From: Phaeosaccion multiseriatum
Taxonomy: Eukaryota > Protista > Ochrophyta, other classes
NCBI GenBank assembly: GCA_965112735.1
Contig: OZ218951.1
Coordinates: forward strand, 682,001-746,000
Length of the DNA: 64,000 bases
Reading direction: 5' to 3'
Below the pieces are notes generated by a model, which ran no database searches, was not told the DNA's origin, and saw only the letters and a list, made by a program, of their open reading frames with translations. The position numbers and the translations under genes are program-made. The stretch's first letter is position 1; the number at the start of each line of letters is the position of its first letter. Shown one piece after another: positions 37,044-50,113 of the stretch.

Positions 37044-38859
37044 TCACAGGCAGGGGCGTGCGATAATGTCCTCCGCCATTGTCCTCTCCTCCGCCAGCTC
37101 CAGCGTAGTGGCGGCAATGCCCTCGCTCAAGTCTGGCCCCCAGCCCCCCAACTCCGTCGCCACCTCCCACTTTCCGTTGGCGCAGCGAACGGGCATGGAG
37201 AACATGAGGCCCTCAGGGATGGAGAGGAAGCGCTCGCCGCCTTCTGAGTACACACCCATTGACACCACGCCTTCTGTGGCGCCGCTCGGAGTGAGCCAGT
37301 CGCGGAGGTGGGCGGCAACGGCATTGGCGGCCGACAGAGCACTGCTTAGCTTTCGAGCCGCGATGACTGCAGAGCCTCGCCCCTGCACGGCTGTCGTGAG
37401 CTCAGCTCCCAGCCACTCGCGGTCTTCGTCTGTTCGCAGTAGGTCATGGACTGAGAACCATTTGCCATTCACACGGGCTTCAGCACTGGAGGTATCTGGA
37501 ACCTGTGAATGGGGGGCAGGGAGGGAGGAAGATGTGTCACACACACACTAGCACACACACACATACACAAGTACACACACGAACACACACAAACACACCC
37601 ACACATCCACAACACAAACACACACGAATAGACACACACACACACACACACACACCTACAAGTACCTGCGTCTGACTGTGGTTTCCCCAAATGACGACGT
37701 TCCTAACCAAATCGCACGCCGACCCGAGGCTGCTCGCCTCGCTGCCACAGCTGCTGCCGACGCTGCTCCGATCCTCCACCATGTTCACACGCTCCCTCAC
37801 CATGCCCCGTAGGCGGTCGTGATCCAGGCGGGTGAGGCAGGTGAAGTTCTCTCGGGGAAGAGAGGGGGCGTACTTCATGGCAATGAGGCAGTTGGTGTTG
37901 GCGGGGTTGGCGACGACCACCACCTTGACGTCACGAGAAGCGTACTTCTCGAGGGCCGTGCCGTGCTGTTTGAAGATGCCAACGTTCTTTTCGATCAGGT
38001 CCTGGAGTGTTGGGGTGGGCGGGTGGAGAGCGATAGACAGAAACAGAGGGAGAGAGGATGAGAGACAGAGACAGAGAGAGAGAGAGAGACAGAAAGAAAG
38101 AGAAGAGGCGCTAGAGGGAGTCTTGGGAGCATGGGTCGGGGCGAATCGCAACAGCCCATCATCCATCCATCCACCGGTCAATCAACGAGACGTGGACACG
38201 GACGGCTGGACGGACGGACGGGGCGGAGCAACCACGCGACTTTGCTTGTGTCTTGTTCTGCCTTCCTATCTACCTCACCTTACGCTCCATGCCCGCCTTT
38301 CGGGGAAATCCCGCCAACAAGATTGCTACATCTACGCCCTTGAAGGCGGTGGCCAAGTCCGTGGTGACTAGGATCTCGTCAACGAGACTGTAGGCAGCGT
38401 CTTGGATCTCCATGGCCACGCCTACATTGAGCCGCAGGCCAAACATTAAATCAGTCGGGGGGCCGGAGGGAGGGGAGACAGAGGATGCAAAGTTAGACCA
38501 AAGAAGAGGGTGTAAGGGAAAAAAAGGGGGGGGGGGGGGGGGACGTTAGTGGGTGCTCGCGGAAACGGAGAGTCTCGAGAGAACCGACGACAGTTCGCTT
38601 GTGGTCGAGGCTCACGTAAATTGGAACCGTATGCTTCGTCCTGCCCACTCCCCTTAATGCTCCTACCCCCCCGAGCCAGAGTCTTAGCTCCATCTATTCG
38701 AAATCGTCGTAACGTACCACCGAGTGCTTGCTTGGCCGGCTCTATGTCCAGCAATTGCAGGGTGATTCGGGTGCTTGGGCCGAAAACGAGCCCATTGCAG
38801 ATGAGCGGGATGAGGGAGTAGGCGATCTGCCCAGCTCCTCCCGTCACAAGGACCTTCAT
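37044..38859 (-). CDS. MDH1: NAD-dependent malate dehydrogenase, cytosolic (MDH1) type
   Basis: Four exons. Motifs [58 protein letters not shown] and [11 protein letters not shown]. Confidence 0.95.
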
Positions 38860-39187
38860 AACCCTTTCTAACTCTCTTCGACCCTTCTCCCTTTTCGGCC
38901 CTTTCGGCTTGTTCTTTACAATCTCACTTCCGTTCGTTCTTGTCCTGGGTTCCCCTCGCGGCTCGTCGGGAGTGAAAGCTGTGGCGTCTTTGCTCCCTGC
39001 GTTTCCTCCGTCAAATAGGTGACGGTCTTTTTATTTATAAAAAGTCGGCGCGAATCGGACAGTGACGAGGAAGGGGGGGGGGGATTTGGAGGCATACGAT
39101 GACCCTGACACCAAGCATCACCAGGAAAAGGAAAAGTTAAAAGAGGAAGGACGCGAGCAAGAGAAGAGAAAGAGAGAAGAGAAGACC

Positions 39188-39843
39188 ATGTCTTCAGGAT
39201 TTGGTCTTGCAGGGAGCAAGGGTCGGTGCAGAGATTTCTTCATGAACTTCCAGGAGTGCTTGGTGAGCAGATAGGGGCATGGCAAGATTGGGAGAGGAGA
39301 CAGAAAAGGAGGGGAGCGGGTGGGAGGGGGGAGGGGGAGATGGAGAGGCAGATCCCTGGAGGCACCAAGTGCAGTGGTGCTTGGGATTGGTCCCTCGCTC
39401 ACACCAGCATTTGCAGGCAGAGGTGGCAGGTTTTTTCAGAGAGACACAGCAATCGCCGGACGCCCTCTTCTTTTGAGGGGCTTTGGGCAAGCAGCGGTAG
39501 ACTCTCGTTATGTTTGCGGGACTGTTGTGTCCTAGCCTTGCGTGTGTCCGAACCACCAGAACCTCGTTGATGTCCCGCCTTGCTTCTAAGCACTGTCGAT
39601 GCTCGCTAACACATGCGACCTCAAACCCTCTCTCCCCTCCTCCCTCCGTGCTGCTGCCCCGGCTTGTCCCTACTACAGAAAACCGCCATCCAACGGAAAG
39701 ACTGCGATGACTACCGGGAGGACTACTTTGAGTGCCTTCACCACAAGAAGGAGTATAAGAGAATGCAAGCCATTAGGGACCAGAAGGCGGCAAACGACCA
39801 GCTGCTGCCAGGGGGGGATGGGAATGGCGGAGGGGGGCACTGA
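39188..39843 (+). CDS. NDUFS5: Complex I 15-kDa subunit (NDUFS5-like, twin CX9C type)
   Basis: Exons 39188-39262 and 39679-39843: MSSGFGLAGSKGRCRDFFMNFQECL|KTAIQRKDCDDYREDYFECLHHKKEY. Confidence 0.88.
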
Positions 39844-40410
39844 CACGACACATTTATACACCTCATCTACAATATCTAATACATATGTATGCGACTGCTC
39901 ATCGCCGCACCAGGCGTTGTTTCTTTTGCTTTGAATGACAGTGGCAGTGCTCATAGCGTCATTAGGAGGAGGGGGGGTGGAAGGTGCGTTGTTAATTACA
40001 AAGCCTACCAGTACTACTATCGTGTCAGCAATCCAAGTGCTGACAGTTTGAGTAGCGGTCGCTGCTACCACTGCAACCCGGCCCCGCCCCTTCCCTCTAT
40101 GCACACTGGACCAACTGTGCCACCAGGTTGTAGTTGAACTTTTTGAGGAGTGAAGAAGCTGTTGGACGTCTCCATAAACTCTCAGTGAGGCATCACGTCT
40201 CTCTGATCATCCTCCTGGCACATCCCACCTATGCCTTCCCGGACACCGCATCACTGCCCAATCCACGCTTCACTCCGCTCTTCCATCGCCCCTTGAGTGA
40301 TTTAAGGATGGAGTTACTGTGACAGCAGTCAACGGGATCCTTCCTTCCTCGCAGGCAGGCGGGCATTGCATTGTATTGCAAGGGGCTGGGCCCTTTCGTG
40401 TTGCCCCTGT

Positions 40411-40960
40411 CTAGAGCTTCTCGGTTGCCGCGAGGTCGGCGGCCCGCAAAAGCTGCTGATCCAATTCCGTCCCTGAGACAGAGGAGGAGAGGCAAGAGGC
40501 AACTAATTAGCCACACAAGCCAAACAAAGCAACCAAGCAGGAACACACTGTTACACTAGTGCACCTTCATGGCGGCCACAGGTGGGGAAGGACGGCTTGA
40601 GAGGCGGGAGGGTGGAAGACAGAGCAAAGCAACGAGCATGCACTAAGGGGGGAGGGCCGCGGGCAAACTCGCAAGCTGGCAAGACCGGAGGGAGGGAGGG
40701 CCCACCGATGCCGCTACTGCTGGTGCTACTGCTGCTGGTGGTGCTGCTGCTGCTCACTCACCGTAGACGGGGAAGGAGTAAAGCACGGGCCCTATTCGGA
40801 AGAGGATGTGTGGCGCCACAATGGGGAGGCCCGGGAAGCTCGCGTTGATGTTCCGTCGCGTGAAGAAGTCGAGCGTGTCCGGCGAGAGGGCTTGCTTCAG
40901 GGGTACCCCGGCGTGACGGTAGCCCAACAGCTGCAGGGCAGGTGGGACGGGCTGTGGACG

Positions 40961-41029
<69 letters not shown>

Positions 41030-41759
41030 CAGCAACAACAACAAGAGGGACAGGGGAGAAGTCAGGGTGGAGGCCATCGCGAGAGGCTAGCTCCCTCAAC
41101 ACTCGCCATTGTTGACTTACATCTTTCTCGTTGAAGCACCTCAGTCCACCGAAGGGTACCTGTTTTCCGCAGCAGCCGCACGTACGCGTAGACACAAAAA
41201 ACAGCGCAGTCAAGGCAAGTAGGAAGAAGAGTGCAGGGAGACAAAGAGTTAGCATTGGCATTGGAGCTTCAGCCGTCGGGTCGGTCCCACCTCGGACTGG
41301 GTTCTAACCCTCACTTCCGTCGCCCCCCCCTGGGTGATCCTGACTGCTCCCATCGATGGTCTAGTAGATTATCCCCTCCTGCCCCCGTTTCCCAGTCAAG
41401 CCCAAAGACAACGAAATGTCCCGTTTCCCTGCCCCTCCCCTCCATGTGTGACTCACTCACTCCCTCACGTCTCCTCTCTCCCCTTCTCTCCCGCTCCCTC
41501 TTTTCTTTCTCTCTCTCTCTCCCTCTCTCATTATCTCCCTCCCTCTCTCTCTTTCCCCCTCTCTCTTTCCCTCTCGCTCTGTCTCTCTCACAAGCATGCA
41601 CTCACAACGTGTGTCTCCAGATGATCTGAAAAGGCCTTGTTGCCCACCGCGGGGCTGGCGAAGGTGATGAGGGTCGGCGAATAGCGAGGGCTGAAGTACG
41701 CCGCAGCGAGACAGGCCAGGGCGCCACCTACACGCACACATTGACCACGCGCACACACG

Positions 41760-41791
<32 letters not shown>

Positions 41792-44700
41792 CACGCACAC
41801 ACAAACGCACGAACAGGGGGGGCACCGGAACGAGTTAAGCTTCGAAATCGTTGAAGGAGCAAAAGGCAACAAAACAACCTGGGGGGGGGCTGAGCCTCCT
41901 CCTGCAGCACATTCACACTCTCACCCATGCTATGCCCGGTGAAGAGAAGCGTGTAAGGCTCGCCCTCCTCCTCCTCCTCCTCCTCCCCGACCCCGACAGC
42001 AACATCCGCCCCTCCTGAAGAAGTCGGGCAAGGAGGGCAGCACCGCTCTACCACCGCCTCGAGCTCTGCTCTGAGGGACTCAAAGGCCTGGGAGAAGCCC
42101 AAGTGTGCCTGCATCACTGGCGGCCCTCCTCCTCTGTCCGCCTGCCCGTCCTGGCTGGTGTCTTCCTGGCTGGTATTGGTGCTGGTGCTAGTGCTGCTGC
42201 TTGTGCGCTGCTGCTGGTTCGGTCTTTGCCATGGCTGGAAGGGAGTGGGTATGAGGGACACATCCGTGAGAATGTCTTGGGGGTCCTGAGGGAGGGAGGG
42301 AGGTTGGAGGCATATGGGGAGGGGAGATAAAGCGGGTGGGGGAGGTGAGAGGAAGCAGCAAGGACGCGAGACAGGATAAAACAAAGAGGAGGGAAGAGGG
42401 AACAAAACCAAACAAAACGTCCAAAGGAGGATGCTTCGACCCAGCCGCAAGCCACAGCACACCACATCACAGCACAGCACACCACAGAGAAAACGCTCTA
42501 CCTGTGATAGCGCCGACAATGCTTCATCCCCCCCCCGCCTTCAGCACTGGGCACTGTGCCCTGGGCCCTGACCAAGCACCTCACCTTGGTGCCTCTAAAG
42601 CTGACGATGAGTGTCCGCGCTGCTGGCGCCTCGGTGACAACGGCGCAGGCCAAAGCGGAGGAGATGGTGGACACGAGGGTAGTTGGGTCTGTGCCCACCC
42701 CCACCCCCAAGCTCTTGCGCTTCAGCATCTCGATGGTGCCGCTGCGGCTGCGGGCGGAGGCCGAGCCGTGCAAATTGTCTGTGTCGTCTTCGTCTTCTTC
42801 TTCTTCTTCGTCGTCTTGCTGCTCAACTTCCCCCCGTTGCTGCTGCTGCTGCTGCTGCTGTTGTTGTAGTTGTTGCTGCTGCTGCTGCTGGTGCTCTTGC
42901 TGCTGTTGTTGTTGCTGCTGCTGCTTCTGGTTGGGCAGCGTGAGGCCCAAGAGCGGGAGGGGGTCTGTGAGACAGGCATTGTAAGGTGCCTGCGCCGCAA
43001 GGGCCGCGCTGTGGAGGAGCAAGGGAAAGTTGACTCTGTAGGAGCTTCCCACCACCGTGTGCGACGGGTGCGAGATGACGGAGAAGGCCTCCTCCCAGTG
43101 AAGCGGCTGCTGCTTTCGGTCCTTTTGCTGCTCTTGGTCCTTCTGGTCCGACGCCTCCTTCGCTATGCCCATGCCTGGCTTCGGGTCCGCCGTCGTCAGC
43201 ACTCGGAGCACGCTCAAATCGCGACTGCTGCCGCTGCTTTTCTCCTGGTCTGTCTCGACGTGCTGCTGTCCTTCCTTTTCCTCCGCCTTCTCCTCCTCGT
43301 GCCGTAGCACCAACTGCTCGCCACCTTCCCCTTCGCTCCCCAGCCCAGCACCAAGACCAGCAGTACCAGGATCACTAAGAAACTCCGTCCTGTCGTCGCC
43401 ATGACGCTCCTCCCCTCCAAGCTTGCCCTTGATAGCGCGTCGAATACGCTTCCCTCGCCCCTTTAGTCGGCTCGCACCCACACCCACCCTCCTCTTGAGG
43501 GATGATGTGAGGATTGGTGCTCTGGCCGCCAGCGTCGCCAGGGATGTGTTGAGTGAGGCCACGAAGGCAGTCTGTAGACAGGAGAGGGGGGAGAGAGAGA
43601 CAAAGAGGAGAGAGAGGGAGAGGGAGGGAGAGAGAGAGGGGAGAGAGGGAGAGAAGGGAAACGACATGTCAGATGACTAACGAACGTATCATCTAAGCGC
43701 TCTTCTTTTCTTCACGCCCGTCTTTCACATCCCTGCCCCTTCTTCTCCGCGAGGGCGATCGCCCTTCTCACTGACCTTCTCGCTGACCTGCTCCTCGTCA
43801 ATGGCGCTACTTTGACTGCCGCTACTTGCAGCAGTGGTATCTGTCTCTTTCTCAATCGCGCTCGGGCCACCGCTGCACATGCTCGCCCTCTCCTCCTTTC
43901 CAGACACCCCTCCTGCACAGCACACAGCGTACAGAGCACAGCGAAGCGGGAGCGTGGGTATGTGTGGGTGGGTGGGTGAATGGGTGGGGTGGGTGGGTGG
44001 GTGCGTGCGTGTGTGTGTGCGTGGGTAGATGGGTGTGTGGGCGTGTGGGTGTGTGGTGTGTTAGAGGTGCAGGGGCATGCATACAGATGTGGTGGACAGG
44101 AGGGTCGGTATACCGACATTCTCAGTCATGCAGGGTGATAAGATTGGGTTGTTGGTCGACTCATGAGGGAATTCCCTTTCTGGCCCACTCTCTGTGGCCG
44201 CCGACTCATCGTACCTGATGAGGCCCCTTTCCCTCTCCCTCTCCCTCTCCTTCTTCTTCTTCCCCAGTCCTTCGCTCCCTCCTCCCCCTCCCCATCCCCC
44301 GCCGCCGCCGCAGCAGCAGCAGCTTCAGCAAAGGCCTCTGCAGGGGGGATTCGAAAGGAGAAGTCGTACGGCAGCCCGCCCAACCCGTCCGGGGCATCGC
44401 AGTGCGAGTTGTAAAAGAGGATCTCACTCGGGGCGCAGTGCCGCGACAGCAGCTCCAGGCGCCTCAGGATGACGGAGGCAAGCCTCGAGGCGGGCACTGA
44501 GGAGGCCGTTGCTGCTGAGACTCCGTTCTGCTGCGGCAGGGAAGACGGAGACAGGCCAGCACATGGAAAGAGCCAGCAGGGCGGCGGTGGTGGTGGAGTG
44601 GTGGGGGTGGGGAAGGAAGGGAGGGAGGGGGGCAGGCAGGCAGGCCGGCAGGCAGGGGGAGGGAGGGAGGCAGAGAGCGGAGGAGAGAAGGAGGGAGGGA

Positions 44701-46116
44701 GAGAGGGGTCAAAAGCGGTTTGAGGGTCAAAAGCAGTGCCTACAGAGACGTGCAACTTGGGATGTCAATCATCTCGAGCTACAACTGGCACGGACGAGGG
44801 CGGGTTGTGTTTTTATGTTGTTGTGCTGCTCATGTGCCAGGCTCCTTTACTCCCTCATCTGCCATGTGCCCGCTCACCTGCTGGGGAAGCAACTGCTTGA
44901 CTCTCTTCTCCACCATCTGCAGCTGGTCCCCGAGCTCCCACTCCAGTGCGAGCAGCATGGCCGCCTCTTCGAAGCCGTCGCCAAATCGTACTACCAAATC
45001 GTCGAGGAAGGACGACATCGTTGTGCTGCTGCTCGACGGTGGTGGTGTGTTCGTCGTGTTCGCTTGCTTCTTGCTGTCCTTTTCTTTTCCTTCTCTTTCT
45101 TCTATCTCTTCCCCCTCTTCTTCTTCCTCCTCCTCTGTCTGTGTCTTCGTTGCCTCATCAGCAGCGATCTGCTCCTCCTGCCTTTGTTTCCACTCCCAAG
45201 TGGACTCAGCAACACCTCCGAGGGTAGGCAGCACTGCCCATCCCTCCTTTCCCTCTCCTGCTCCTCCTGCTCCTCCTCCTCCTTCTTCTTTTTCTTGTTG
45301 TTGCTGCTGTTCAACCTCCTTCCCACCACTACCCAATGCAAAGCTCGCCGCACTGCGTCGTTGTAGCGCCTTCCAGGGCTTGCGGAGTCTCCTCCACCAG
45401 CCGCCTTCTTTTGGCGCTCCATCACCAGCAAAACCCACACCTTCCTGAGACGATAGCGCTCGACTCAGAGCAGTGCCTTCATCATCATCACCAGTAGCAG
45501 TAGACCGGGGAGGAGAAATCGCAGCTGCTGCCGCTGCTGCTGATGCAACTGCACTTGTGCTGATTGCTCCGATACCTGCAGTGGCTGCGTAGGCCTCGAA
45601 GAGCGTCCGCAGCCTTCCTCTGATGGTGGCCGTGGCGCTGGAGCGGTCGTCCGCAGCAGCAGTGTCGGAGCCAGGAGGGCCACCATCGTCGCCCTCATCA
45701 TAAACAACAGCAGAACCAGGCGCAGCTGTCACATCACTGTCACCCTCACTATGGGCAACAGCAGCACCAGGCGCGGCTGTCGCGGTGGAAGCACCGCTGG
45801 AGTACTCTACACTATGACTGTTGCTACTGCCGCTACCACTGCCAATGCTGGTGGCGGTGCGAGTGGTCTTCCTCGGGCGGCAAACAGCTTCTCTCCCTTC
45901 CCCTCCTCTTGCTCCTCCAGATTGCAGTCGCGTTCTTCCATCCGCACACAAGCCGAGTTCAACAAATCCCCCAAATGATGCAGATGGAGGTAGTGGTGGT
46001 TGCCTCACCTGTAGCGGTGGAGCTGTGAGGAGGTAGGGCGCCACTGCCCGCAAACCCAAGAGACAACAAAGCAGCAGGAGTTTGAGCCCTCGTTGCCAAC
46101 TTGTTCCGAACTCCAT
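40411..46116 (-). CDS. Class 3 lipase (Lipase_3) with signal peptide and a long low-complexity N-terminal region
   Basis: Motifs IVSFRGT, AHLGFSQAF, LFTGHSMG|GALA, ITFASPAVGN, NEKD|PVP and GYRHAG. Last exon GTELDQQLLRAADLAATEKL* (TAG at 40411-40413). Internal N-terminal exons are approximate. Confidence 0.82.
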
Positions 46117-46502
46117 GTTCAGCTGCAGCAGTCTCCACAGTACGCGCGGAAGGAGAGCGTCATGTCTTCATATCTTCTTCCTCCATTGCGGGTTATTCTT
46201 CTCTTTCCGCCTCGCTTTGCCCTACCCTTCCGTTCGCCGTTTTGAATCTGCTTCTGCGCTTCTCTGCTTCCAGTGCCTCACTACCTCTAACCTCCTCTGT
46301 CTAAGACACGATTGCCTCCTTTTACGCAGTGAAGACCGAGCGAGGAAGGAAGAGGAGGCAGTGAAACGTCAATGAATCAAGGAGGGGGGAGATCGGGGGG
46401 AGGAGGGGATCAGGAGGGAGGAGGAGAGGCAAAAAAAAGCAGAAGCATACGGGCCGAGCGTGGCAGGTGTTATGGTGTTATTGAACATTGCAAAAAGAAA
46501 GA

Positions 46503-48820
46503 ATGGAAAGCTCCGGAAGGCGCAGGCCGAGGCGCATTGGGACAAAGCATATAGCCTCCTCGGCCCTGCTGCTTTACCTAGGGGCGAGTGTGGCCGAAGC
46601 TTTTACGCCCAACGCAATAACAACAACATCAGGACGAGGGGGGCGAAGGCGACAGAGGGCCCAGGGATGCCACTATCGCCAACCTCTTCCCAATAGGAGG
46701 AGGACGTTTGCAGTCGGCGGTGTAGCTTCTGACCAGGAGCCGGGCTCGGGCGGAGACAGACATGCAGCCACCCGCACAATGGAGGGAGACAAACCTGACT
46801 CGATTGTGACGCTTCCGGAAGACCTGCCTCGCAGCACGGCATATCTGCAGAGCAGAGGCAAAGGTACCAAGGTCTGCCTCGTGGGCTGTCTTCACGGCGC
46901 CCCTTCGAGGTGAGAGGATCGGCGCAGTATAAAAGCTGTGGGGGAGGAGAGGGAAAAAAAACAAATCCTTCTTCCCTCTCAACCCTCTCTCTCGCCTCCT
47001 GTCCACCCTCCCCCTAGTTGTGCTGCTGCTCTTACCTTCGCCACCCCCCCCGCTCGCTCTCTCCCTTCCTCCCTCGACTCAGTGGCGAGGACGTGCGGCG
47101 AGTCATTCGCGGAGTGGAGCCTCAGGCGGTGGTTGTCGAGCTGTGTGCACCGAGACTCCACTCTTTGCGCAAGGATATGGTAAAGCAGCTCAAGCTTGAG
47201 GCCGATCCGAACCGCCCACCGCCTCCCACGCAGGTGGACAGGATCAAAAAGGAGTTCCGCGACTGGGGGCGCCTCATCGTCAAGACCAGTAAGTGACGAA
47301 AGGAAGCTGGTTCTCTCGCTCTACTTGCTGAATTGCCAGCTTGCTAAGGCAAATCGAGACTCAACCCCCCACTCGCTCCTGTTGACGTAATGTGTGTAGA
47401 GGTACTCTTGTCTAACCCCCTGTTGCTTTTCTCTTGGAACGCCCACAGGTGACAAACGAGGCCTTGTTCAAGGCTTCGTGACGGGTTTTGTTTCCTTCGC
47501 TTATGTGCTGCAGAAGCTGGCCAATTTCGACCCTGGAGTCGAGTTTAAAGAGGCCTTGCGTGCAGTTGATGTCCTCCAGCAGCAGCAGCAGAAGCAAGGC
47601 GGGGGCAGCAGCAAGGGTGGCGGCGAGTGTGAAATTGTGCTGGGGGATCAAGATGTCTACCTCACACTGGGCAGGCTGGGGGGCAAGAAGATGGTGGACA
47701 TTCAGCGAGAGCGGCGTGAGAAGGAGCGGCAATGGGCCGAGAAACAGGAGCAAGGGGGCGGTGGATCGGACTTTGCTGATGAGTATGGTGTTGATGCCGT
47801 TGGTGCTGCCGGTGCTGCCACGGACGTTTCTTCAGCCGTAGCAGTCACCGCCTTTCAGCCCGCTTCCTTCTCTCCTTTACGTGCTGAATCGGCCCCACAA
47901 GCATCGCCCTCATCATCATCATCGTCATCATCATCATCATCATCACCCCCTTCACCGCTGGTGCTGGACTGGGACATTGGGTCCTACGCCGGACGCGACG
48001 GCTTCTCTTTGTCTCCTGCCGAGCTCTGGGACGATTTCTCAACGCTCTTGACGGCGCTGGGAGTGGGCCCTCGGGCGGGAGTGTGGCCCTCCTCTGTCAG
48101 CGTATGGGAAACAGTGGCGGGGCAACCGCAGGCAAGTGGTTGCGCAGTGGGGAAGGGGGGGATTGAACACGCGTGTGTGTTGTGCGCTTGGACCTGTGGC
48201 CCTGGTGCCCACCTACCCCTTACCACGCGCACACACGCAAGCACACACACACACACACACACACGCACTCAGGCACCTCCCTCTCCTCCAAGAAAGCGCC
48301 AGTGGAGACAGACAACCTCACAACTGACGACTGACATCCGCTCTTCACATATATATATATATATACAAAGCACTCCCCCACAGCATGCGCTCAACGCCCC
48401 TCTCCGCCCCTCTACCCCTCAACACCTCGCGCTCTCTCTCGTCCGTCTGTCCCTCCGCTCCGACCCCTTTGTACCGTCGTGCCGCTTCCCTCTTCCCACA
48501 GATCTTGAAGGACCTCTTCGGGCTGCTGGCGCCCCTCTCTCTGCTCGTGCTGCTCCTCTCCGAGGGCGTAGACCTCGCGCTGGAGGTGTGGATGCAGCAG
48601 TGGCAAGACCCCTCGGTGACTGCGGCGGACCAGGGCCTGGGCGCGGTACAGCAGCAAGGAGGGGAGATACTCGGGGGTCTCGGAGGGAGTCTCGGAGGTC
48701 TCCTCGAACCTCACAACGCGGAAGCCCTCTCTTCGACGCTGGCGGCGGCCGGGCATTTGCTGGAGGCAGGCATCGCGCTAACGTCGCTGTATGTCACTCT
48801 GAGGTGAGTACACACAGACA

Positions 48821-48886
<66 letters not shown>

Positions 48887-49141
48887 TATACGTACGGAGG
48901 CACGCATACACACACGGGCGCGCGCGTTTGAGGCAGACATAGGCAATGAGCGTATTGGTCACGCCCGTCACTCTGCGGACGGGGATGGTATCGGCCATTC
49001 TAACCCACTTCCCCGCTGCTCCCTGCCTCCGCCTCTTCCCATTCCATCGCGCCACGTGCTGTGCCGTGAAACATCTTCTCCCTGCTCCTTCTGCTCCTCC
49101 TCCTCCTCCTGCTACTACTGTACTACTACGATACGACGACG

Positions 49142-49187
<46 letters not shown>

Positions 49188-49450
49188 ATACTACTACTCT
49201 CCTCCTTCTCCTCCTGCTCCTCCTCCTCCTCCTCCTCCTCCTCCTCCTCTTCCTCGCTGCTCTCGAACCCTGCCCCCCCCCCCCCCCCAGGTTCTTCCGC
49301 ACCGTCATCAAGGAGAGGGACGTGTTTCTGGCAAGGTCCATTCTGGAGGCCGCGGAGAGGCACCCAGGGGGGTCGGTGGTGGCTGTGCTGGGGTTGCTGC
49401 ACATCAACGGAGTGTCAAATCTGCTGAGGGAGGAGACGGACCTGGAATGA
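46503..49450 (+). CDS. TraB/PrgY/GumN (TRABD-like) family protein, predicted plastid-targeted
   Basis: Motifs VCLVGCLHG, PQAVVVELCAPR, DPGVEFKEA, IVLGDQDVYLTLGRL, ERDVFLARSI and VVAVLGLLHINGV. Signal peptide ends AEA-FTP. One GC-AG intron at 48132-48501. Confidence 0.85.
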
Positions 49451-49497
49451 ATGCAAGGAAGGGGATGAAAGACCTTATCTACTTGGAATCTCCTCTC

Positions 49498-49537
<40 letters not shown>

Positions 49538-50113
49538 CATCAATCAATCAGCGGCAGAGAGACAGAGGGCTTTTTGTCCTCTCAGTATGGCGATGCGACA
49601 GCAGCGCAAGCAATCAATCAAGGCGGATAGAAAGTGTGTGCAAAGCAGCAGAGAAGGAAGGGAGGCTTTTACATCCCCACTCTCTTGGGCGTGTAATTAC
49701 ATCAAAAATTTGCATTGACATTTCTTCTTGTTCGCACCATTGCCCGTCGATGCTCTGACCGGCCGTCGTGAGGCGACGAGCAAGTTGTTGGCCGTGGACA
49801 CCTGAGCAAAGAAGCTTGTCGATTCTAACCGTTGTGCAACGTACGTGACCCGTCCCCCGCCAGAGGAGACTGACTGGGACATCGATATCGGTCTATACCG
49901 GTGGAAGAACCGCGAAGTGCGAAGCCCTCATCCCATGCAGCGTAGAGACAGATGGATTGCCTCTTGAGCCAGCACCCTCGCCGTCAGCTACACACCCTCC
50001 CCCCTTCTCCTTCCCCACTATACATGTACACTGAACTGGAAATCCCTCTTGGACTGACTACACCCATCTCCTATTCGAAAGAGCATCCCTCTTGGACTGA
50101 CTACACCCATCTC

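Noticed and set aside
39263-39678. Structured ncRNA or snoRNA in the NDUFS5 intron
   Set aside because: Only short possible stems; no clear C/D or H/ACA boxes; not supportable without covariance analysis.
40229-40546. 105-aa ORF as the lipase C-terminus
   Set aside because: The phase-1 donor at ~40761 selects another frame, which ends at TAG 40411-40413.
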